From an uncultured Clostridia bacterium (GTDB lineage Bacteria; Bacillota; Clostridia; Christensenellales; JAWKQI01): a stretch of DNA of 32,000 nt. The notes below the pieces were generated by a model. It was given only the letters and a program-made list of their open reading frames with translations. It was not told the origin of the DNA and did no database searches. Position 1 is the stretch's first letter. Each line of letters begins with the position of its first letter. Location: NCBI GenBank assembly GCA_964453645.1, contig CAYVRJ010000001.1, positions 106,301 to 138,300 on the forward strand, read 5' to 3'. Positions 8,635-15,740 of the stretch are shown in pieces. The position numbers were made by a program, and so were the translations under genes.

Positions 8635-9374
8635 CAAAAGTGACAGCAAAGGACATCGCAAAGATGATCGACCATTCCCTCTTAAAACCCGAGATGACCA
8701 AACAGCAGGTGGAGGAGGGCTGCAAATTAGCAGCAAAATACGACTGCGCCACAGTGTGCGTGAAACCTTGCGACGTGGAACTGGCATACTCCATATTAAA
8801 AGACACCGATGTGCTCACCACCACGGTAATTGGTTTCCCCCACGGCTCCAATTTACCCGAAGTTAAGTTGCTTGAAGCGAAAATTGCTATGGATCAGGGC
8901 TGCAAGGAACTGGATTTTGTGCTCAACATCGGCAGGTTAAAGTCCGGCGACTACGATTTGGTAGGAGCAGACTTAAAGGCAGTGGTCGATGCTGCCCACG
9001 CCCGGAACGTGATCGTTAAAGTGATATTCGAAAACTTTTATTTAACAGATGAGGAGAAGGTGAAGGCTTGTGAAATTTGCACCCGCACGGGAGCAGACAT
9101 GACCAAAACCTCCACGGGGTATGCAGGCGGCGGTGCCACCATTCCCGATTTGCGGCTCATGCGTGCCAACACCCCCATGACCATGCAGGTAAAAGCGGCT
9201 GGCGGCGTGCGGACGCTGGATGCTGCGCTAAACATTCGTTCCATTGGCGTATCTCGGTTTGGCTGCACAACAACGGCAACGATTATGGAAGATGCATATG
9301 AGCGGGAAGCAAAGGGCACCCTCACCCTGCCAAATCCCGACAGCGTGAAAGAACTTTCGTCCACAGAGTATTGA
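8631..9374 (+). CDS. deoC: Deoxyribose-phosphate aldolase (class I, DeoC family)
   Basis: IDHSLLKP, VCVKP, TTVIGFPHG, KVIFE and DMTKTSTGYAGGGAT (Schiff-base Lys region) match DeoC. ATGA overlap with the upstream gene. SD aaggag. Confidence 0.9.
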   Translation: MTKVTAKDIAKMIDHSLLKPEMTKQQVEEGCKLAAKYDCATVCVKPCDVELAYSILKDTDVLTTTVIGFPHGSNLPEVKLLEAKIAMDQGCKELDFVLNIGRLKSGDYDLVGADLKAVVDAAHARNVIVKVIFENFYLTDEEKVKACEICTRTGADMTKTSTGYAGGGATIPDLRLMRANTPMTMQVKAAGGVRTLDAALNIRSIGVSRFGCTTTATIMEDAYEREAKGTLTLPNPDSVKELSSTEY

Positions 9375-9387
9375 TTCAGCGTTGGTT

Positions 9388-10485
9388 ATGAAAAGTAAGC
9401 TACTCAGTGAAAAGAAACTATCTGCCGTCATCGGCTTTGATGGTTTTGTAGATGAAGTGGTTCACGTGGTGGACAAGCGAATTGATGCGGATAACTATAC
9501 CCGGGTGGAGACCCTTGCGGAGTATGGGACGCGCATTGCAAAGGCCTCGGGGCTTTCCTTTAACGTGGAGATTTTCCCCGTTGCCAAGAAATTGGGGGGC
9601 AATGGGCCGATCTTCGCCCTGGGGCTTAAAAAGTTTGGCATGGGCATCACCTACATCGGTGCCACGGGGCTTGCAAACACCAACAGCGTGTTTGCGGACT
9701 TAGCCCAGGGTTCCACAGTGATTGGGGTGACAGACCCTGCCCAAACAGATGCCATGGAGTTTTTGGACGGAAAGATCATCCGCTCCAAGCTCTCCACCCT
9801 CAATTCCCTCACATGGGAAAAGATTGTCAGTAAGCGGTCTGCTGGGGAATTAGCAGAACTGTTTGATGGTGCAGACCTTTTAAGCTTTAACAACTGGACG
9901 ATGATCACCCACATGAGTGACATTTGGTCGCATTTGTTAGAAGAAGTGTTTCCCCTAATGCGCAGCAGGGACAAGACGGTGTTCTTTGATTTGGCAGACC
10001 CTGAAAAGCGCAAACCCCAAGACATTCTCCACGCTCTTTCGCTGATTCAACAGTTTGAGAAGAGTGGCTTTTGCGTGGTGCTGGGGCTGAATAAAAAGGA
10101 AGCCTGTGAGATTTACGAGTTGATGACCCATGATAAGATTCTCGATTACGTTACTTTCGACCTTGAAAAGGTGTGTGTGAAGGTTTATGATCAGTTGGGA
10201 ATTCGCTGTCTGGTGGTTCACCCAACAGACCGTGCGGCTTGTGTGGTTGGCGGTGAATACTTTGAAGTGCAGGGGCCGTATTGCAAAAATCCGGTGTTAA
10301 CAACGGGTGCGGGGGATAACTTTAATGCTGGGTTTGTGCTGGGATATATGTCCCACTTAACCCCAACCGAGTGTTTGGAACTGGGTAACTTTTCATCGGG
10401 TTATTATGTGCGTTTTGCCAGAAGTGCCGATGTGTCCGAATTACTCTCCTTTATGGAGGACTTTAAACAAGGTAAAATCCAATAA
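9388..10485 (+). CDS. PfkB-family carbohydrate kinase
   Basis: C-terminal PfkB signature TTGAGDNFNAGFVLG and N-terminal GGNGPI motif. 365 aa from ATG 9388 (TTG 9382 is in frame). Confidence 0.85.
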   Translation: MKSKLLSEKKLSAVIGFDGFVDEVVHVVDKRIDADNYTRVETLAEYGTRIAKASGLSFNVEIFPVAKKLGGNGPIFALGLKKFGMGITYIGATGLANTNSVFADLAQGSTVIGVTDPAQTDAMEFLDGKIIRSKLSTLNSLTWEKIVSKRSAGELAELFDGADLLSFNNWTMITHMSDIWSHLLEEVFPLMRSRDKTVFFDLADPEKRKPQDILHALSLIQQFEKSGFCVVLGLNKKEACEIYELMTHDKILDYVTFDLEKVCVKVYDQLGIRCLVVHPTDRAACVVGGEYFEVQGPYCKNPVLTTGAGDNFNAGFVLGYMSHLTPTECLELGNFSSGYYVRFARSADVSELLSFMEDFKQGKIQ

Positions 10486-10500
10486 AAAAATGTTGAAAGT

Positions 10501-11682
10501 TTAGGGCTGATAGATTTCTATCGGCTCTTTCTTTTTGCGGTTCATCACTAAAAAGATGGTTCCTCCAATGAGAGCGGGAATGCCGGATATCATCAGCATG
10601 CTGTTGATACCCATGGTTTCGGATAAAAATCCAAACAGCGGGTTTCCCACCATCTGGGAGATGCTGAGTGTGGCTTGGTAGATGAGGGCAGCCCCCGATA
10701 GGAACTTTACGTCCACGTGTTTGGCAATATAATAAACCACGCCGGGCACGAAGAGGGCAAAGGAAATGGCTTGCAGTGCAACAAACACCCACACGAGAAA
10801 TACGTTGGATGCCAAAGAGAGCGCAATGGAGCGAATGAAATAACCCACCATGCCAAAACCCAGCAGTTTGGATACGCCAAATTTATTCTTGAGTTTGGTG
10901 AACCCCAGCATCACCCAAAACTCTGCAAAGGCCATGATGAAATAGGCAATACCCACTTCCGACTGATTTCCCCCCAGATGTTGAATCAGCAGGGGGGTGA
11001 AGGTGGCCATGGAGACAAAAGTTAAATAGGACAAAAAGGCTGTGACTAAAAGGAGCACATATTTTTTGTTGCCAAAGAGATAGGATGCCGACTTGCGGAT
11101 GGTGATGTGCGTGGCATTTTCGTGCACTTGGGGGTTGGGGATTTTAAGAATCACGGTGAGGATGGTGAGGAACACCAAGATCATTGCATAAATCGCCAAG
11201 TGATTTCCAAAAGACGAAAACAACTGGCCCAGTACAATGGCAAAAACAGCGTATGTTAAAGAACCAATGCTGCGCACCCGGCCGTAGTCTAGCTTCACCT
11301 TTTGCTTTTGCAGCTTAGTGATCCAGGAATCGATAATACCCGTGAGAGACTGGGTGGTACCCAAAACAACCACCGAAAAACCCACAATAAAGGCGGGAGC
11401 TTCATAGAAGAAAAAGAGCAGGGGCAGCCCCGCAGTGCCCACCAGCAGCACAATGGCGATCATTTGTTTGATTTTGTTGAACTTATCCGACAAATATCCA
11501 AAGACCGGCTGACAGATAAAACAACTGATGGCTGTCCACATTAAGGCGATGCCAATGCTAAAATCCGAATATCCGAAACTCTTTAAAAATACCGTATAAT
11601 ATCCGCAAAAAATGAGTATCACAGTAAAATATCCGCCCATGAGGACGGAAAATCTGCTCGTCAATCCCTTTACTTCTTTCAA
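10501..11682 (-). CDS. MFS transporter (12-TM, LacY/oligosaccharide- or nucleoside-H+ symporter-like)
   Basis: 393 aa, hydrophobic throughout, with GYLSDKF after TM2 as in sugar/nucleoside MFS symporters. TTG start at 11682 with SD GAGGAG 6 nt upstream. Confidence 0.8.
   Translation of the reverse strand: MKEVKGLTSRFSVLMGGYFTVILIFCGYYTVFLKSFGYSDFSIGIALMWTAISCFICQPVFGYLSDKFNKIKQMIAIVLLVGTAGLPLLFFFYEAPAFIVGFSVVVLGTTQSLTGIIDSWITKLQKQKVKLDYGRVRSIGSLTYAVFAIVLGQLFSSFGNHLAIYAMILVFLTILTVILKIPNPQVHENATHITIRKSASYLFGNKKYVLLLVTAFLSYLTFVSMATFTPLLIQHLGGNQSEVGIAYFIMAFAEFWVMLGFTKLKNKFGVSKLLGFGMVGYFIRSIALSLASNVFLVWVFVALQAISFALFVPGVVYYIAKHVDVKFLSGAALIYQATLSISQMVGNPLFGFLSETMGINSMLMISGIPALIGGTIFLVMNRKKKEPIEIYQP
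10506..10536 (+). terminator. Putative intrinsic terminator of the 14-10485 operon, embedded in the 3' end of the convergent MFS gene
   Basis: GCTGATAG-ATTT-CTATCGGC (8 bp with one G.U pair) followed by TCTTTCTTTTT. Begins 21 nt after the pfkB-like stop. Confidence 0.55.
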
Positions 11683-11711
11683 TGGCCTCTCCTCTTCTAG
11701 TAACTGACAAC

Positions 11712-11740
11712 ACTATACCACACAACACGTCTTGTTTCAA
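11712..11740 (-). promoter_or_regulatory. Sigma-A-type promoter for the MFS gene
   Basis: On the minus strand: TTGAAA, 17 nt, then extended -10 TGGTATAGT. Read directly from the sequence. Confidence 0.55.
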
Positions 11741-11784
11741 CTAAAAATATGTGCCGTAAAAAGGCATAAGAATCTTCAAATTAC

Positions 11785-11813
11785 TTGATAATTCGACAGT
11801 TCAACAGTATAAT
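11785..11813 (+). promoter_or_regulatory. Near-consensus sigma-A-type promoter for the radical SAM / GDP-sugar operon
   Basis: TTGATA (11785-11790), 17-nt spacer, TATAAT (11808-11813). About 37 nt upstream of ATG 11850. Confidence 0.65.
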
Positions 11814-11849
11814 ACAGGAATGGTTTATTAAAACAGAAGGGTTTCTGTG

Positions 11850-13757
11850 ATGAAAAATGTGTATTTAGCCCAGCCCAATTATCTCTATGGCAACAACGCT
11901 TACTTACCCTATTCGGCAGGAGCTATTGCTGCCTATGCCTTTGACGATCCCCAAGTGGCAGCGCACTATGCCTTGCCCCCCATTCTTTTTTTGCGCAGAG
12001 ATATTGCAAAGGTTGTGGAAGAACTGGACAACCCATGTGTGTTTGGGTTTTCAAATTATGTCTGGAATTTCGAGTACAACTTGTTGCTTGCAAGGGCTGT
12101 GAAAGCTGCTTATCCCGATTGTCTCATCCTCTTTGGAGGGCATCACATTCAAACCAATTCGGTGGAACTATTAAAAGACCACCGTTTTATCGATATACTC
12201 ATCTACGACGAGGGAGAAAAACCCTTTAGAGACATACTCAAGGCACTCCTAAACGGACAAGGGTTTGAAGACATTACAAACATCGCATACCGCAAAGACG
12301 GGTTGATTGTTGCAAACCAACTGGAGCGCTGGGAGGATACGGACTATCCCTCCCCCTACCTCACCGGGGTTTTTGACAACATCATCAGCGATACAAACGT
12401 TCACTTCACGGCAACTTTAGAGACCAACCGGGGGTGCCCGTTCTCCTGTGCCTACTGCGATTGGGGCATTTATAAATCCAAACTCAGAGCCTTTCCCATG
12501 GAGCGGATTGCAGAGGAAATCCAGTGGTTTTCAAAGAACCGAATCGAACTGGTCATGGGTGCGGATTCCAACTTCGGCATTTTGGAGAGAGATGTAGACA
12601 TTGCCAAAATGTTGATTAAAGCCAAGAAAGAGACGGGGTATCCCCAAAAGTTTCGGGTGTCCTACACCAAAAACAGCAACAAAACGGTATATGCCATCAA
12701 TGAGGCCTTAAACAACTCAGGTATGAGCAAGGGAGCAACGCTGTCCTTCCAAAGCTTAAGTGAAAGGGTGCTTCAAAATATCAACCGTAAGAACATGGAT
12801 ATGGGTATGTTTTCAGAGCTGCTCAAGCTCTACAATGCAAACAATATTCCCACCTACTCGGAAATTATCATGGGATTGCCGGGGGAGACCTATGCATCTT
12901 TTGTGCAGGGCATTGATACCCTGTTGGAAAATGGCCAGCACAACTCCATTAATATTTATAACTGTGAACTGCTGCCCAATTCCCTCATGGCCTCAAAGGA
13001 ATATATGCAAACCCATGCGATACAAACCATAAGAACGCCCCTAAACCAATACCACTGCGAACCCCAATCGGGGGATATCACCGAGTATTCCAACGTGGTG
13101 GTGAGCAACAGCACGATGACCATGGACGATTGGGTATTGTGTAACGTCTTTTCTGTGGTGGTCCAGTGTTTCCACTGTTTGGGGCTGTTGCAGTACATCG
13201 CAGTATTTGCCCGGCACAGGTACGGCGTACCCTACCACAAGTTTTACAGCCAGTTGCTCTCCTTTTTACCCGGATGCACAGGCATTGGTCTTATTTTCAA
13301 TAAAATTGTGAACCAAATAAAGGGCATCTCCTCGGGAAGCACTTGGGAGTATACAAATCCAAAGTTTGGTAACATCACTTGGCCCTTGGACGAGGGTGCT
13401 TTTTTGGAGTGTATGTGTCTCATGGACAGTTTTTATGAGGAACTCACCCCCTTCTTTGAGACGATGATACCCAATCGTGAGGAATTGCAGGAACTGATTC
13501 GCTATCAAAAGGCCTTGGTTAAGAAACCCTTTGATCGGGACTTCCGCTTGACGTGTGTTTACGACTTTAAGGATTATTTCGAAAAGGTGTATCTGGGGTC
13601 TGAAGTTGAACTTCAAAAAAAGTTGTGCACTTATGAAGTTTGTGTGGGAAAGACATACCACTCCTTTGCGTTATACGCAGTGGAAGTGGTGTGGTACGGC
13701 CGCAAGGGTGGAACGAATATATATCAAACAAATTATTTGCATGAAGGCCTTGCGTAA
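11850..13757 (+). CDS. B12-binding-domain radical SAM protein (class B-like), substrate unknown
   Basis: CPFSCAYC = CxxxCxxC at nt 12435-12458. The N-terminal ~170 aa have the flavodoxin-like pattern of cobalamin-binding rSAM enzymes (VFGFSNYVWNF, LILFGGHH). Followed by a long C-terminal region of about 400 aa. SD agaaggg. Confidence 0.8.
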   Translation: MKNVYLAQPNYLYGNNAYLPYSAGAIAAYAFDDPQVAAHYALPPILFLRRDIAKVVEELDNPCVFGFSNYVWNFEYNLLLARAVKAAYPDCLILFGGHHIQTNSVELLKDHRFIDILIYDEGEKPFRDILKALLNGQGFEDITNIAYRKDGLIVANQLERWEDTDYPSPYLTGVFDNIISDTNVHFTATLETNRGCPFSCAYCDWGIYKSKLRAFPMERIAEEIQWFSKNRIELVMGADSNFGILERDVDIAKMLIKAKKETGYPQKFRVSYTKNSNKTVYAINEALNNSGMSKGATLSFQSLSERVLQNINRKNMDMGMFSELLKLYNANNIPTYSEIIMGLPGETYASFVQGIDTLLENGQHNSINIYNCELLPNSLMASKEYMQTHAIQTIRTPLNQYHCEPQSGDITEYSNVVVSNSTMTMDDWVLCNVFSVVVQCFHCLGLLQYIAVFARHRYGVPYHKFYSQLLSFLPGCTGIGLIFNKIVNQIKGISSGSTWEYTNPKFGNITWPLDEGAFLECMCLMDSFYEELTPFFETMIPNREELQELIRYQKALVKKPFDRDFRLTCVYDFKDYFEKVYLGSEVELQKKLCTYEVCVGKTYHSFALYAVEVVWYGRKGGTNIYQTNYLHEGLA

Positions 13758-13766
13758 AGATTGAAA

Positions 13767-13810
13767 ACGATTTGTGCCGTATGTGAAACGGCGGAATGGA
13801 GTTTATTTTG
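13767..13810 (+). promoter_or_regulatory. Conserved leader element, copy A (upstream of gmd)
   Basis: 33/38 identical (37/44 through the start codon) to 18357-18400, in exactly the same register relative to the start codon. Contains hairpin GCCGT-N7-ACGGC and the SD GGAG. Confidence 0.7.
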
Positions 13811-14815
13811 AAAAAAGCACTGATTACAGGCATCACCGGGCAAGACGGTTCATATCTTGCCGAACTGTTGCTGAAAAAAAACTATGAGGTCCACGGCATT
13901 GTGAGGAGAGCCAGTGTGTTTAACACCGAGCGAATCGATCACATCTTAAAGGACATTCAGACGTACCACGGGGATCTCACCGATTCCTCCAACCTAAACC
14001 GCCTCATGGAAAAGATTGAGCCCGACGAAATTTATAACCTTGCGGCTCAGTCCCACGTGAAGGTGAGTTTTGAGGTGCCCGAGTACACCGCCGAGGTAGA
14101 CGCTGTGGGCACCCTAAAAATGCTGGACACATTGTCTGAACTGCGAACCCACACCCGGTTTTATCAAGCCTCCACCTCCGAATTGTTCGGTGGGTTTCCC
14201 GAAACGGCACCCCAGAGCGAAACAACCCCTTTCACTCCCCGCTCTCCCTATGCTGCCGCAAAACTCTATGCCTATTGGGTCACCGTGAATTTTCGCGAGG
14301 CCTATAATCTCTATGCCTGCAACGGCATATTGTTTAACCACGAATCTCCCCGCAGAGGCAAGACGTTTGTGACAAAAAAGATCACCATGGCGGTGGCCGA
14401 CATCGTTAGGGGCAAGCAGGAAAAGCTCACCCTGGGCAACATGGATGCAAAGCGGGACTGGGGTTATGCCAAGGACTACGTATACGCCATGTGGCTCATG
14501 TTACAACAGGAAAAACCCGACGACTACGTGATTGCAACGGGGGAAACCCACTCTGTGCGAGAGTTTGTGGAAGCTGCCTTTCGTTATGTGGACATCACCA
14601 TTGAGTGGCAGGGCAGCGGTGTGCATGAAGTGGGCAGAGATGCTAAGACGGGAAAGATTTTAGTGGACATAAACCCAAAATATTTTCGGCCAACCGAGGT
14701 GGACTGCCTGCTGGGCGATGCCACAAAAGCAAAGGAACAGTTGGGTTTTGTGCCCAAAACCTCCTTTGAAGAACTGGTGCACATCATGATGGAGTACGAC
14801 CTTCATGAGAGATGA
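13808..14815 (+). CDS. gmd: GDP-mannose 4,6-dehydratase
   Basis: [43 protein letters not shown] and [13 protein letters not shown] are canonical Gmd motifs. TTG 13808 gives the usual MKKALITG N-terminus, with GGAG 6 nt upstream. In-frame ATG 13796 is the alternative. Confidence 0.93.
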   Translation: MKKALITGITGQDGSYLAELLLKKNYEVHGIVRRASVFNTERIDHILKDIQTYHGDLTDSSNLNRLMEKIEPDEIYNLAAQSHVKVSFEVPEYTAEVDAVGTLKMLDTLSELRTHTRFYQASTSELFGGFPETAPQSETTPFTPRSPYAAAKLYAYWVTVNFREAYNLYACNGILFNHESPRRGKTFVTKKITMAVADIVRGKQEKLTLGNMDAKRDWGYAKDYVYAMWLMLQQEKPDDYVIATGETHSVREFVEAAFRYVDITIEWQGSGVHEVGRDAKTGKILVDINPKYFRPTEVDCLLGDATKAKEQLGFVPKTSFEELVHIMMEYDLHER

Positions 14816-15740
14816 AAAAATTTATTTGGCGGGGCACACCGGCTTGGTGGGAAGCGCCATATTTAAGGCCCTTAAGGACAGGGGATATACAAATATTCTC
14901 ACCGCTTCCCACAGGGAGCTGGATTTAACCAGGCAGGCGGACACAGAGGCTTTTTTCGAGCGGGAAAAGCCAACATACGTCATATTAGCTGCTGCAAAGG
15001 TGGGGGGCATTGGGGCGAATATGCAGAGTATGGCCGACTTTGGTTATATCAACGCCATGATCGGGGCAAACGTCATACACAGCGCCTACGCATACGGAGT
15101 AAAAAAACTCTTGTATTTGGGCAGTTCGTGTATATATCCAAGGCAGTGCCCCCAGCCCATGCGGGAGGACTGCCTCCTAACGGGTATTCCCGAACCCACC
15201 AACGAAGCCTATGCCCTCTCCAAAATATTGGGGCTTAAGCTTTGCGAGTACTACAACACCCAGTACAACTGCAACTTTATCAGTGCCATGCCCTGCAACA
15301 TATACGGTGAGGGGGACAATTTCGACGAAAAGACGTCCCACGTCATCCCTGCCCTCATGCAAAAGATGCACAACGCCCATGTTCGGGGGGAGGATAGCGT
15401 TCTCATTTGGGGCACGGGCAGAGCTAGACGGGAGTTTTTACACGTCTTTGACTTGGCTTTGGCCTGTATCTTTCTGCTGGAAAACTACGATGACAAACAG
15501 TTTGTCAACGTGGGTGCTGGGCATGACGTGACCATTGCCCAGTTGGCAGATATGATGCGCCAGGTGGTGGGCTTTCGGGGGGAAATCGTCTTCGATACCT
15601 CCAAACCCGACGGCATGATGAAAAAGTGTGTGGATACGTCTAAAATCAATGGCCTGGGGTGGAAGAGTGAGATCGATCTTATGAATGGCCTTAAGCAGAC
15701 GTACGCTTGGTTTTTAGAAAATATTGTGAGGTATACATGA
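14805..15740 (+). CDS. fcl: GDP-L-fucose synthase family epimerase/reductase (Fcl, or its paralog GDP-L-colitose synthase ColC)
   Basis: About 45% identity by eye to E. coli Fcl: [43 protein letters not shown]. Overlaps gmd by 11 nt and colD by ATGA. Confidence 0.88.
   Translation: MRDEKIYLAGHTGLVGSAIFKALKDRGYTNILTASHRELDLTRQADTEAFFEREKPTYVILAAAKVGGIGANMQSMADFGYINAMIGANVIHSAYAYGVKKLLYLGSSCIYPRQCPQPMREDCLLTGIPEPTNEAYALSKILGLKLCEYYNTQYNCNFISAMPCNIYGEGDNFDEKTSHVIPALMQKMHNAHVRGEDSVLIWGTGRARREFLHVFDLALACIFLLENYDDKQFVNVGAGHDVTIAQLADMMRQVVGFRGEIVFDTSKPDGMMKKCVDTSKINGLGWKSEIDLMNGLKQTYAWFLENIVRYT

Noticed and set aside
11683-11849. Possible RiPP precursor peptide next to the radical SAM gene
   Set aside because: The only ATG-initiated frame in the gap is 3 codons long (ATG GTT TAT TAA). 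No small ORF with an SD exists there, and no peptidase or transporter typical of RiPP clusters is adjacent.
13789-13802. Resemblance of ACGGCGGAATGGAG to the ops/JUMPstart antitermination element (GGCGGTAG)
   Set aside because: Only GGCGG is shared and the TAG core is absent. ops/RfaH is a proteobacterial system. I cannot support the assignment, although a NusG-paralog (LoaP-like) target remains an untested possibility.
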